The notes below the pieces were generated by a model, which searched no databases, was not told the DNA's origin, and saw only the letters and a list, made by a program, of their open reading frames with translations. Source: Zancudomyces culisetae HAW-14-8 (Eukaryota > Fungi > Kickxellomycota). From it: a DNA stretch of 64,000 nucleotides. Location: NCBI GenBank assembly GCA_052426225.1, contig JBNJNM010000021.1, positions 744,001 to 808,000 of the forward strand. The letters are read 5' to 3'. Shown here one piece after another: positions 28,352 to 41,595 of this stretch. Every line of letters begins with the position of its first letter. Position 1 is the first letter of the stretch. Both the position numbers and the translations under genes were made by a program.

Positions 28352-29212
28352 TTAGCTGAATTTTTGTGGTATAATAAAGATTTCGTATAGACCATAGCCA
28401 ATAAAAACACCTACACACGGTGCAACTATCGGAATCCAAAAGTAGCCGCTGTTAGCAGTGAATACCTTACCACCCCATCCGGCTATCAAAGTAAAAAACC
28501 TTGGACCAAAATCTCTGGCAGGGTTGATTGCAAACCCTGTTAGCGGACCTATTGTGATTGCAATTGCAAATAAAACCAGACCAATGGCTATCGGCTCGAT
28601 TCCCACGGCTTGCTGAATGTAGTTGTCAAAAATTGCTCTAATAAAAAACATCAAAAACACACCCATCATCATTTCTGTAAAAAAACTCTGAATGTTGGTA
28701 TTTGACGGGGTTGGGTATGTTCCAAATATTCCTGCTGTTGCATTAGGCCCGGTCACCTCCTTTACACCATTGTTAAATGAACTAAATTTGGATGCATAGA
28801 GTCCATAAGTTACAGCTGCACCACAAAACCCTCCTAATACCTGGCAAATTATATAAAACGGAGTCTTCTTCCATGGAAAGTCGCCATATATTGCCTTTGT
28901 TAATGTAATGGCTGGATTTATATGTCCACCAGAAACGGATATAGATGCATATAAACCCAGAATAATTCCAAGAGACCATGATAAACAAACTACAAGCCAC
29001 CCAAACCCTCCATACTTATCATTAAAGACGACAGACGCATTTCCACTTGTACCAAAAAAACATAACATGAAAGTGCCAATAAACTCACCAGCATAAGGAC
29101 CAATTCTAGTTCGAGTCTTATAGAACCCAAATCTACGTATTTGATGCTCATCTACTATTTGTGTTTGCTCGCCACGCTGGGTTGCACTGAAGTCTGACGA
29201 AGATATAGACAT
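28352..29212 (-). CDS. Aquaglyceroporin (MIP family, GlpF-like)
   Basis: SGGHINPA and GFAINPARDFGPR signatures, six TM segments and a GlpF-type W/G/F/R filter. The frame stays open upstream to a likely acceptor near 29308, so a further 5' exon is possible. Confidence 0.93.
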   Translation of the reverse strand: MSISSSDFSATQRGEQTQIVDEHQIRRFGFYKTRTRIGPYAGEFIGTFMLCFFGTSGNASVVFNDKYGGFGWLVVCLSWSLGIILGLYASISVSGGHINPAITLTKAIYGDFPWKKTPFYIICQVLGGFCGAAVTYGLYASKFSSFNNGVKEVTGPNATAGIFGTYPTPSNTNIQSFFTEMMMGVFLMFFIRAIFDNYIQQAVGIEPIAIGLVLFAIAITIGPLTGFAINPARDFGPRFFTLIAGWGGKVFTANSGYFWIPIVAPCVGVFIGYGLYEIFIIPQKFS

Positions 29213-32200
29213 TTTGGTGGTATGTGGACCTGTGCTATTATTACTTCTCCCCTGACTACTGTTCTTTCCGTCGTTATTGTTATTGCTACCTGGCGTCTTT
29301 TTTCCTCTATTTCAAAGAAAGCTTAGATGTAAGAATATGTATTTGAGTATTATATATTAATCAACCGTTAAAAAAATTATTTCTATTGACATCTATGTTT
29401 AATTATATTTTTCCTGTATTGTTTTTGCCAAACATGATCTAGTGGATATTTCATTCTATCACAAAAAACATTGGAGATGTCTGGTTTAATTAAAGGAGTC
29501 TTTGGGTTGGAAAAGTGGCCACGCTTTAATAATTACAGGTCTGTGTTGGTCGTGTTGATGTCTAAGCTTTTTTTTATAGATACTGTCGCTTTAGAGCAAA
29601 TGCGGGTCTTAATTTCAGCGCTCTGACCCCCCTCCCCACGAACTGCCTTTGCATCAATAGACGAATTATTTCTTTGTTTTGTTTTTTTGCACTGTTGCAT
29701 GTGATGAGTAATATTACATTAACTTTTAAACAAGTGGTAAATGCTTTATTTAGCTCAAAGTGTGGTACTTTTCACTAATGGAACAACATTCTTTACTTTT
29801 GTGTATCCTAAATTAATATATGTAATATTTAAAACGTTTATAATGTGTATTATAATAATCATTGTGGAGTTCGACTTGTATTTTTTTTTTAGCAAGAGGT
29901 AACCAATTGGAAAGCGACATTAAAATGAAACATGTGGTGGGAATTTTTTTAGTTTTTAAAAAAGAGTGCATATCAACTGATAGTTCATCTCCAAACTAGA
30001 GTAGAGTAGCGGATGGTCCCCTAAATATAAACCTCTATCTATTTTTTTCATTTAACATCAGTTGGTACATGAGCTCTCAACCCAATACATAATAATTTTT
30101 TGTCTTCCCCTTTTCTCGCTCGATATGTATTACTGGCTTTTTTAAGTTTATGCGATAGGTATTTATGAGTAGTAAATGTTTATTTCAATTTTTCCGAACT
30201 GTGGATACCAATTAATGATGCAAGGTTATGTCAAATGAGCATTATACGTTTTATTTAGAAATTTCCGTTCAAGGATGGCTTGCGCTTGTGCTTAAGCTTG
30301 TGTTTTAAATTTAAATCCTCCAATATTTCCGTTGAAAGGCCAGAAAATTGTGAAACTCGGTATAAGAATTAGATAGGTACACAGACTGGATTTGTGAATG
30401 TGTGTTGAGCACACCCCCAGCATTTTTAAAAATACTTTTACTTGGATCACCAGCTAAAACAGATTCCAAGCAAAGTACGCCTAAATTGCATCTTTTTTTC
30501 TCTGCAATGAAATGCTACATTTAGCTGTAAACGAAAAAGGTCTAAAAAATGATGTATCTAACAAAGAATAATAATAATAAAAATAAATTATTCTACCTTA
30601 GGTAGCTTAGTATTTGGAAATACGGTGCTATACTAGCTGGGCTTGCAACCTTTGTCGATTTTAACTTTTATACTTTTTTTGGCTTTGCTGGAATCAGGAG
30701 ATCAAAGACTTCAGAGTAAACAAGCTCTGTGTTAAAATCGAATTTTGCTAGAACTCTAAAAAATGTCTTGTCACAAATACCATTTTCTACGTATTTGTAG
30801 CTAACATGGAAGAGATGATAGGCTCGACAATATTTTCAGTTTTGACCTTTTTCAAAAAGACGTAAAATAGCATTTAATACACCAACCAGCTAATAGTGTA
30901 GTTTGTTGCACATGTTTGCTATGATCCGATATTTGTGCAAATATCAATAGGTGATGGTTGTGTACAGTTGTGTAAAATAGCGTTTTTTACCAATATCAAT
31001 GACATTTCTCCTGGAAATCCACTAGGTTGAACAACAAATTTTACTTGGAGTTTGTATAGAACCTTCAGAGTCATAAACAACACGTTTACAAATAAAAATC
31101 GCCAAACATCAACAAAAGGGTTTGCACAAAATTTTCAGTCCATACATCTTTACTCTATTAGAAAATGCAACCTACCACACATCCTCTCCACTAAACCCCA
31201 GACCTAAAAACAATCTGGGGGTTTATTTTTTTTTTGAGCAAGAGCAAGGAATTTTTTATACCTATTATCATACCAGCTCTATTTGTGAAGTCTATCTTCA
31301 TCATAAGAACAAGATTTTTATAGACTCAATGAGTTGAAATACCCTCTTTTAGTGGACATTGGAACACCATCCAGTGTTAGTTTAATAAATGCTTGAAAAA
31401 CAAGTTCTCTCCAATAGCTGCTTTAAGATTTATAATCAACCTTGACAACAAACTATAAAGATATTTACGCATAAGCTGCATTCGCAACATAATGGTGCTG
31501 CTCCGCCACAGGAGATAGTGGATATGAGCTATTCGGAACTTAACACGCTAATGAGAAGTAGTGCGTTTAGAGTACATGAGTTGTGATAGATGTTCTGCAA
31601 AGCATAATAAACATCAGTTTATTATTCAATGAGCATATTATTTCGACTCCAATTATTATTGATAATAGAATTATCTGTGTAAAAGCAACCAACTTAAGGT
31701 TTAACATGCTTACCTTCTACAAAAAAAATGAAAAATGCAGGATTTGATGTTATCATACCAGGTAATAGGTGTGGATATAAGGCAAGCAGTGCAACGACAT
31801 GCTAGTACCAAGATCATGTTTCGTCTCGATTTTAGGTTGCAAAGTACTTTACCAATTGAACTTTGACATGTCAGTCTATAAAAAAAATATTTCTATGCTC
31901 TAGTTTATGGATACTAGCTAAAAGAAAAAGGTGTATTGATAAAAAGCATATCGAACCCCCTCCCCCGCTTCATTCTTGCACATTTTACGTTTAGATGAAA
32001 ATTCGTGGCATCAGAAGGGCAATGTGCTTATAATGTTTCGAGATTGACAGCGTCCTATGCACTCTGATGGTTTGAAGCGATGAGTATTTGTGTTATTTTC
32101 AGCTTTTTTAAACTTTTAGAGTGCTAGTTGAAAACGCAATAAGGATCATTGCCTCGTTCAGATCAACATGTGCATATATTCTTCATTAGAAAGGATTTTG

Positions 32201-32762
32201 ATTTTGTTACGCTTGTAACACAATGAGATGCCTCGTAAACTCGTTTTCTAGAATAATGAAATCAAAACTAGCATTATACAGAATTAGTAGAAATACACAT
32301 GTTGTTGATAAATAGTTTTTTTCAACACACCCAAGCATTTTTCTAGAAAATAGCCTTCTTTGGGGCTTAATTCTAGATCTTATTGTCAAAAAAGAAAGCA
32401 TAGTTTGTTGGTCATTTTTAATAGCTGGTTTTTTTTTTGATGATATGTGTATTTTACAACATTAAAATACAGAAATAAAAAGAGCTCAAGTTGAGGAATT
32501 TTAACCATTACAATTACTCTACCTATAGCCTCTCCCCTCACTGAGTATCCATACAAAGCATTTCTTTTTTGCTCAAAATTTTTTGGTAAAAAAAAAATTT
32601 TAAAATAAATATGAACGAAATTAACCAATAATAATAGGCGAAACCAGCGCAAATTGTGTATGAAAAACGGGCAGAAAAAATTAAAGATTCAATAGCTAAA
32701 TAAAAAGTTTTGTATTTTGACTCTTTTTACGCTTTGCTAAACTAACAGATCGACGGACTAAG

Positions 32763-33120
32763 GTAAGCTATGATCAAGTGTAGTATATAGAATGTTATGC
32801 GACACCAGTTGCCATAAAGATGTTTCTTAAGCTGAAACTAGTGCGACAAACCGAAACTTGAAGGATAATGCTGGATTCATTTTCTTAAGAGGAATTGATT
32901 AAAAGTAAACATAAACCGTTGAATCCATATATTACACGGGCTATGTTGATTTTAAATTTTGGAAAAGTCTGCATATGGCTATCCTTTTTTGTGTCTTTGG
33001 TTAACCCATAACACAAATGATTATCCTGGTTGTGGCACTTTAGTTTTGGAATTGCGCATATGTGTGCTTACCTCACTTTTAACAGTCTATTAACAACTGC
33101 AAATATATTACCTTTAGTAG
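32763..33120 (+). other. 5'-UTR intron of RPL34
   Basis: AAG|GTAAGC donor at 32763, TATTAAC branch-like motif at 33088-33094 and tandem TAGTAG acceptor ending 10 nt before the ATG. A pyrimidine-rich CTCTTTTT likely start region lies at ~32721. Confidence 0.75.
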
Positions 33121-33130
33121 ATATTGAAAA

Positions 33131-33466
33131 ATGGCCCAGCGCGTAACATACAGGACACGATTGTCATACAATACTCGATCAAACAGAGTCAAGGTCTCCA
33201 AGACACCAGGCTCAAGACTTAGATATCTTCACATCAAGAAACTAGGAAAGGTTCCACGTTGCGGAGATTGCGGTAGCGACCTTGCAGGTATTCCAGCTTT
33301 GAGACCACGCGAATATCATAGACTTTCAAAATGTAAAAAGAATGTAACCCGTGCCTATGGTGGATCACGCTGCGCCCACTGTGTGCGCGAAAGAATTGTT
33401 CGTGCTTTCCTCATTGAGGAACAAAAGATTGTCAAGAAGGTTCTTAAGGCTCAATCTGCCAAATAA
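33131..33466 (+). CDS. RPL34: 60S ribosomal protein L34 (eL34)
   Basis: MAQRVTYR...YNTRSN...KTPG...CGDC...[33 protein letters not shown]. Confidence 0.97.
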   Translation: MAQRVTYRTRLSYNTRSNRVKVSKTPGSRLRYLHIKKLGKVPRCGDCGSDLAGIPALRPREYHRLSKCKKNVTRAYGGSRCAHCVRERIVRAFLIEEQKIVKKVLKAQSAK

Positions 33467-33571
33467 ACATATCCACTATCAGTATATTGTTTTTTTAGCT
33501 ACTGTTAACCCCCATTTGGTAGGTCATCTGTTAGAAAAAGAAATAAAATTTCCTAACATCTAATTTTAATT

Positions 33572-34097
33572 TGTCATGCGGCGTCGTGTTTCTGCACGCT
33601 GCAGTGGTGGTGAAGCAATACCTCACTACTTGGACAGCTTTTATTTAAAGAGTTTATGGAACAGAACCACACCCCCCTTATGGTGCAGGGAAGAAAGCAA
33701 AGAAACTTTTCCGCCACCAGCTGGGTAATCGCCGAATTTGATGTCAAGTGTGAACGACATCTTGAGAATCTTGGCAAACAAAGGTTTGTTGATAGCAGTC
33801 GCACAGGGTCAACATCAACTTGGTTAAAACCAAGTCCCACTTATCAGACCGGTGTTGTGAAGTTTGCAATCCACCCATCTGCTCTCAACATCAACTACGC
33901 CTAGGAAATCACAGGCTAGTAGTGGAGAGTCAGGCAAGTGTATGAGATAGCTACTTGGAATGAGCTCATTAAATAAACACCCATTGAGCGCGAGAACTCT
34001 AGAAATGAGAAGGTGGAGATGTGTGGAATAGCTTTAGCGCGTTTTTTGTTTATTTATTTTTCTGTGCGCGTTACCATCCGGGCAGTATAGGCCCGCT
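33572..34097 (+). other. Hairpin-dense, GC-richer non-coding element (candidate structured ncRNA or degenerate solo LTR)
   Basis: Run of consecutive inverted repeats with G-U-compatible pairs on the + strand. No convincing ORF. Confidence 0.35.
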
Positions 34098-34219
34098 TTA
34101 CCAAGATAAAAAAAGTAGTGTTAATATGCTAGATAAATGAATGGCTATTTACTCGAGGATATATACAAACAGCCATGTATCAATTAGGGCAATTTATAAA
34201 AGTAAGGGGTGGGTGGGGG

Positions 34220-36867
34220 CTACTGAGTATTCTCGCTGTTTTCTTGAATCATCCAAATTTCATAGTAAAGCCCTCTTTTCTTAAGCAGCTCGATGTGAGT
34301 TCCGCTTTCTGCTATTTCACCATTTTTCAGGACGTAAATTATATCGACATTGGCGATTGTCTGGAGGCGATGGGCTACAAAAATGGCTGTGCAACTTTCG
34401 CGATTTAAGATTTCGTTTATGTTAGACATAATCGACAACTGAGTATGAGCATCTAGAGCAGAGGTGGCCTCATCAAACAAAAGAATCTTTGTGTCTTTTA
34501 GTAGGGCGCGCGCCAGTGCTATCCGCTGTCTTTCTCCTCCTATTTAATAATAGAAATGCTTTAGCCAAGAGCTGTTTAAAATGGCTAGCGATAGCGCCAT
34601 CGATTAAAAGAAGCATTAAAAAAAATTACCTGAAAGCATAAGCCCCCGTTCTCCGACTGGTGTGTCATAGCCCTGTGGTAGTGACATAATTAAATGATGG
34701 ATGTGTGCCTTTTTAGCTGCCTCGTAGACGGCCTCTTTTCCGATCGAAGGATTTCCGTAAGCTATATTTTCAAAAACAGTAGCGTTAAAAAGAACCGTAT
34801 CCTGTGGTACGATTGCCAGCGAATTTCGAAGTGAGCTAAGGGCCACGGAGTTTATTGGTGTATTATCGATTTTGATCACACCAGTTGTTGGGTCATAAAA
34901 TCGAAATAGCAGACGTAATATTGTAGATTTGCCACAGCCGCTAGGTCCTACAAACGCGACTCTTTTTCCCGCCGGTACGGAAAATGAAATGTTTTTCAAT
35001 ATTGGCCTTTCTTGAATATACGAAAAGCTAACATCATTGAATACAATATCCCCATTAGAAACATTAATAGACTTTGTCTCTGGTTTATCCTATAAAGTAG
35101 TTAGAACATCATTTAAAATTGATACTCTCTTTTCTTTCTCACCTCAATTTTTTACGCGCCATGTATAAATAAAAACTCAACACGTTAAAGTGAAAATATG
35201 AAAAACAACTTACGGAAATTTTAGGTCTGATATTTTCTAGGTCAAATAGGGAATCCATGTCAATAATTGCTTGATTCATTTCTCGATAAACACTACCCAA
35301 GAAATTCAATGGTAAGGAGAGCTGAAACACTAAGCCATTCACCATTACAATATCACCAACACCTAATGCACCAGAAGCTACACTTTGGGCAGCCATAAAC
35401 ATCATGGTAGCCAAAGATACACTGAATATCACGTTCTGTCCCGCATTAAGAAAGGCTAGACTATTTGCTGTATTCATCGCAGCCTTTTTATAGTCAATCA
35501 GCGCACGATCGTACTTGGCCAGCTGATACTTTTCTGCATTAAAATACTTTACGGTTTCTACATTCAACAGTGAATCCAGTGCAACAGAGGCAGCTTTGTT
35601 GTCCGCCAGGTTCATTTGTCTCCTAAATTTTGTTCTCCACTGTGTTACAGATAACGTAAATGCTACATATAGTGTCATAGTTATTAATGTCACAGCAACA
35701 TATTTTGCACCAAAATGAGTTCCCAATATCGCACTAACTATGCCTATTTCCAAAATAGTTGGAAGTAAATGCAATACAACAGAGCTGAGCACAAAGCTTA
35801 TACCCTTAGTACCCCTATCAACAGCTCTTGTAAGCCCCCCAGTTTCGCGTGCCAGATGAAATTCAATATCCATATTCAATATTTGCTTGTATACGTTCTG
35901 TGCCAGATGTCTAATTGAATCTTGCTGAACTTTTGCAAAAATGGCACTCCGTAGTTCCTGAAGTATTGCAGCTCCCGCCCTCGCGGCACCATATCCAACG
36001 AACATAGCTAACCCTGTGGTTGTTAATACGCCACCTAAAGCCACCGGGTCAACGTTTAGTGCATCTACTATGTTTTTGAATATTACTGGTACATATACGT
36101 TCAGTCCCTATATCAATAAGATGAAAAAATAAATATATTTCATAAAAAAATGTCAAAATTGAGACTTTTTTTTTTGCCTACATTGGTCCAATGTAGAGCT
36201 GGAAAATATGTTAGTGATGCGACTAGCGTAGTACATAGGTTAGATTGAGTATAAAAAATAAAAAATAATGTAATTACCTTTCCCATGACCATAAGAGCAG
36301 CTGCTGCAATTATCCTGTATTTTATCGCGGGATTGTCCTTTGGCCAGGCATATTTTATGATGCTCTTCAATAATCTAATGTTAGAATCCCACGTTTTTTT
36401 GCCTTTTTTACTATTGCTATGTTTTGTAGGCAAATTTTCAACCTTTTTTTCGGAAACCTTCTCATCTTTGTTATCGTACTCATCAGGATGTTTCTTTGGT
36501 GTGTCTGTCATTGTCTTGCTCGTGTAGCTGCTTTTTAAGACTGAATCCCGTTTAAATCGTGCATAGATTAGATCTGAGCTTTTATTAGGAATTCTAATCC
36601 GGATTCCTGTGCCTTGACTCACACCTGTTGGTGGAAACAATATTTGCTGGTTCATTCTAGCAGCGGCGCCAAAATGGCGAACGATTGCTATTGTACCCAT
36701 TCCATCCCTCTATTTAGTTTATTTTGACCTTTTTTAGCCTCAATAACATCCTTTCATTGGATGACCTAGTGTTGGTTCCTAGAATTTGCAATATATTATC
36801 TACTGTAGTCGGAGCTTACATATTTAATTGGTGTCAATCGTTTCACGAGAAACCTGGCATTTTTCAT
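34220..36867 (-). CDS. ATM1: Mitochondrial ABC half-transporter Atm1/ABCB7, 5 exons
   Basis: First exon MKNARFLVKRLTPIKY (36867) splices to RDGMGT..., giving a basic presequence. TMD with FHLARETGGLTRAVDRGTKGISF and PLNFLGSVYRE. NBD with GPSGCGKST, VGERGLMLSG|GERQR, FDEATSALD and AHRL. Confidence 0.95.
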
Positions 36868-39800
36868 ATCTCTAAAACCTACATCCACAAAAGTACACCA
36901 ATTGTGCATTTTTTTCAACAGTACCTATACTTTGTATAACTAGTTTTTATAAAAAAATCTGGAGAAATCCAGTGTTGGGTGATCAAATTCTATGTACCAA
37001 ACTTGGTGAATATATGGATGTAATTGTTTGTTTTCTAGGATTTTCCTATTGCGTCTAAAGGTATAATAAATCTGTCCCTCTTTACTGCTACTGAGCCTAA
37101 ATTTGACCAATTTTAATAGCTGCGATTTGAAGAAAATGGTGGAAGAGATTCTTTTTCTAAAAGGAAAAAAATATTCTGGAAATATCATAACCTTTTAGTA
37201 TAAAAATAGTAAACACATTTACATGCTATTTTTTTTTTTTGCATAATGGGTTTATTTGACGAATATCACTTAAAATGCTACAAAAAATAACCTACAAAAA
37301 TTTATCTAGCCAATCCCTCACCATCCCCATTTCCTAATCACTTTGTATCCACCAAATGTTGATTCGGGGATAAAATGTGTGAGGTTAATGAGTATTTTAT
37401 TGTCTGTAATCCGATAATTTTGGGTATCTGATAAGAAACATGATCGTTTATTGGGTTGTTTAGTTGGAACTTTCTTTAAGGTATTCAACTGCCATATAAT
37501 TGAGCTTGTGAAAACTGAGATCATCATCAGGATGCGTTATGTATTTTAGTAAAGCAACTTTCATTAAAAAGGCTTTTTACTACCATTATAAATATCAAGA
37601 TGTGACAAGTTTAGATATTAAAGGAATATGGTGCTTGTGAATGAAAAATGCGAATACACATTCATACGCCACCCTTCAAAAACGACTAAAAAGTTATTTT
37701 TTATATACATAAATGCCTTTTGCTTTTTGACCTGTTTATCGGCTTTGTGCTATATATATATACCTTTAATTAAGAATTACAATATCGCATGTATATGAAT
37801 AAACATGGTTTTAGTAGAACAGTATAGAATCAACTCTAGAAAACAACCATGCTCTGGCGAGATCGATTAATAATACCTATGGGTTTGCAGTAGTTAGATA
37901 TCTCATATGTATGTGCAACTTAGTACAAACAGTGACCATTGTCGTAGCTGACAGTAGTAACTCTCGATAATTAATATCAACGTAAATTGGATAGGTTGCA
38001 AGAAGACAGAGATAAGAGGAATATGAAGATAAAGGCTCTTGGGAAGAAGTTACTTTATTATTTTTAGTAGTAGTTGGTTGGTTGGTTGGTTAGCTAAGAA
38101 GATACCTAAATAAAGCTACAGTATAAATCGCAACACGACACCATGATAACAAGGCATTTAGATACTGTAAAGTGAAACTGTGTCGCGATTTGACATTTAC
38201 AAGTATATACATACTGCAATATTTACTTATTTTAGTATTTCTGTTTTTAACATACAACAGGCTTTTTTTCGGGGGAAGTAAAAAATTAGAACAAAAAAAA
38301 AAGTGGAATAGTTTTATGATCAAATGTGAGTCTTAGTAAATATCCAATTTCGTTTAAAAAAATTTTCCCCATAATTTAAAACTAAAAATAAACTTATATA
38401 AGCCACACTTCTCGACTGTTAGAGAAAATCCTTACAACACTTTTGGACGATTTGGTTGCACCGAGCGTTCGATTATATATCCATTTCTATGAAAAAAGCA
38501 CCCTAGCATATAGATCCTTGGTTATGCCACTGATCACTGATGCTCTTGGGTTGTCGCGATCTGGTATACTAGTTTGCTTCTCCCTTAGGGGAGAAGTGGG
38601 GAGCTCTGAATTTGGGTGCGGTTGGCACGTGGTGTTTCTATTCTTAGAACCCAGTTGTGTTGAGCGCAAATTTTGGAACTGCATTTTCCCATATTTTTAA
38701 AACAAAAACACGAATATCTTTTTAACTGGTGATGTGTGTACAACGGCTGTCCAACACTTGCATTTATTTAATGCTTGTTTCTGGAATGGGGCTCATTAAA
38801 TTGTGATGTGACATGCTTTGCAATTTGGTAAGAGTTGTTATATTTACTTTTATGGTAAAGTGTGAAATTGACTGCAATCACTTCTTGGGTGGACCAAGTG
38901 TACTTAAAGCAAAAATGGGTTTATTTTCTCGCTTTGTCTCAAAAGTTTATATGGAATTTAGTTAGTAAACTCATTCAAGCAAAAAGTCTAAAAAGCTAGT
39001 GCATTTTTTTTATGGATTTAGCTTACACACAAGGCGAATTTAAGTGCTTGGGTATTAAATTAGCTGGGAATATTTTATGCTTATAATGAATAACACCAAA
39101 AACAGTAATACTCTGAGCTACTTTAATTGGGCCATAAAGTCTCTTTTTGATGGTCATCTTTTAGGTTCAAGATACAAGTGGTCAGGCTGTAAATACTAGT
39201 ATAAGTACGATTGTTTTATATTAGCATACTTTTTTACTGGAAAATGTATTAGCATTGAACCGAAATGTATATCAGGATCCTATGCTTTGTCATATGGCTG
39301 TTTGTTTTTTACCACAGGTTTGGTGTTTCAGCTACAGGCAGTCTAGTGGCAGTTTAAGAAGGATTTATTTATTTACTGGAAGCAAACACACAACATTTTT
39401 TATATCGTCTATGTTATAGCAATATTTAGGTTCCATATTTGTTTGTACCAAGTAAGCTTTTATACCATTTTAACAGCCTTGGTGCAGATTTGTTATTAAT
39501 AAAAGAGAATAATGGTGGAAACAGATCATTATTGCATATATACAAATTTCTTGTAGAAATACCATCCAATCTGTATAGGATGTTGATGAGCATATTTTTA
39601 CATGTAGCCAAAGGCATGCATTGTATTATTTGTAGTCATAATGTTGCACTCATGGCTCGTAATCACATCAAATAAATATCGATCTACACTCTACCAAGAT
39701 GTGACCAACATTTAAACCTAAGGTTGGTAGTTACAGTTATGTACAGATTTCAAGGCGGACACGGGTTTAATGTGATATTTATTTAATAAAATCAGCTAAC

Positions 39801-40321
39801 AAAAAAAAAAGGTGAGCGCGAACGCTTTATAGTGAAATGGTTGTCCCCTCCCTCCTGCTTTTTGGCCCTATAACCCCCACTCCGATACATATGCGACTTG
39901 AGCGATTAGGGATTGAATACATCTATTAGCTATATCTCAAAAAACTATTTCAAAGATTACTGGGGAATGGTAGTTTAAGCAATAGAATCAAGATTTTTTT
40001 GCTTAACCAATGCATTAAGTAAATACCTCATAAAGCTGCACAAAGTTTATTGAGTCAGGATGGTTAGTCTAGGGTTAACCCAAATCAGAAATGACGTTCT
40101 TGAATCAACACCTGATGGGTACGGAGTTCCCAGAGTAACGGATGGTGAATTGTATGGGTATTTAATTATGTAGGATTCCTCTTTTTTTGATGGCATTTAT
40201 TTGATGAATTCATCATGCAGAAAAAAAAAAGAATAGATACACATAGAGAGGAGGTATAAGCAAGACTAAATACTAGCAGTATGGGTTAGCTGTTAAAGAA
40301 AAGTATGTTTGAAAATCCAAG

Positions 40322-41595
40322 CTAATGCTTGTGCAGCGGGCAGTACCTAGCATCAAGAATCTTGGGGTCTTTTTCGACAACCAAGCGCCTGAGCCAACCA
40401 TTCTCCATCTCCATCTCCTTAAGCTTTGTCTCCATTTCAGAAAGCTTTTGAGATAACTCGAAAGTCTTTTTTTCAAGCATTTGCTCTTTCATTTTTTTTT
40501 TAATTCTAAACCTAGCTGACGCAGCAGTATTGCGTTGTCTTTTATCTTCCGCGGCATTAGCCATAGAATCAGGTGCCCTCTCTGAAATATCGCTTACGCT
40601 GGATGAATATGTTTTAGTTTGAGAAATGAGATGTTCAAAGCTGTTTATATGTGAAAGCCCCTGGTTAAGGGATCCGAAACGTTGTGTATAATCGGACGCC
40701 AATTCTTTTGTGTATCCACTAGTAGAAACACTAGTTTCCACAGGATGGGCCAGGTCAGGACTATTCAGGTTAGAGGATAGAGATAGAGAAACAGCAGTGT
40801 TACTCGAGCTATTTAGTATGGCGTCTATTTCAGCTAGGTTGTTAATAACCGGTTTATTTTTTTGTGTTTGGGCTGAGGTGGCCTTTGGAGCTAGGGCTCT
40901 GTTCTTAGGTACTTCTGGATGAGATGTTAGAGTCTTGAGTTGATTCAAGTAGCTTAACCCTTTGATCATTGCTGCGACTTCTGTGGGGTTAACGCTGTTG
41001 AACAGTTGCATTATCTGTTTGTTCGAATCGCCACTCTCACTTCCTAGTAAGGAATTTATAGTATTGACATGTGTATTTTCACTGCCGGAATTCCCCGGAC
41101 TGAGGTCCTTATTGAGTTCTTGTTGTATGTTATTAGCCAAGCCTTGAAGATTACCCTGGCTAAAACCGAGAAAATTCGTTACTGAGGGTGATTTCACATT
41201 ACCTAACACAATATACACACATTCTGTTAATAATCTGACGTCTATATCTGCACAAAAATTCTATACTTACTTTGAGTTTGGAAAATCGTGTTTTCAGTTG
41301 CCTGAGTTGAGGGAAGAACCATTTCAATTCTTTCAGAAGATTCAACCTGTTTGTTAATCGCACCCCCATCAGCTTTGCGCTGTTTTTTTACCACTTTTTT
41401 TAAGCCGGTATCAAAAGCCAGTGGATTGCTTATCTTTACGTTATCATCGGGCAATGTAGTTTTCGATAATTTCGTGAGGAAATCGACACCGGTCCATGAA
41501 TTTAATTCTTCATGGAGAGTCCTAGGACTTATAACCGTGCTTTTTTCCGAGTCTAAAAAGCTGAATAGTGCTTGCTCGTTTGTTTTGTCACTCAT
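40322..41595 (-). CDS. bZIP transcription factor, MetR/Cys-3/Zip1-like, 2 exons
   Basis: Exon 1 MSDKTNEQ... joins through CAA A|GT...AG|GT to ORF 40322-41218. The basic region AAEDKRQRNTAASARFRIKKK and leucine zipper match the fungal sulfur-regulator family. Confidence 0.8.

Noticed and set aside
31400-31590. In-frame TGA read-through (selenoprotein) candidates here and near 48090
   Set aside because: No redox motif or selenoprotein family similarity and no recognisable SECIS. Alternative frames or non-coding DNA explain them.
32740-32950. A genuine U2 snRNA gene
   Set aside because: Only the 20-nt core matches. The 5' stem-loop, stem IIa (CUGUUCUU...) and an appropriately placed Sm site are missing.
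34220-41595. ATM1 plus MetR/Zip1-like bZIP as a sulfur/metal gene cluster
   Set aside because: Adjacency only. Surrounding genes are functionally unrelated housekeeping genes and there is no evidence of co-regulation.
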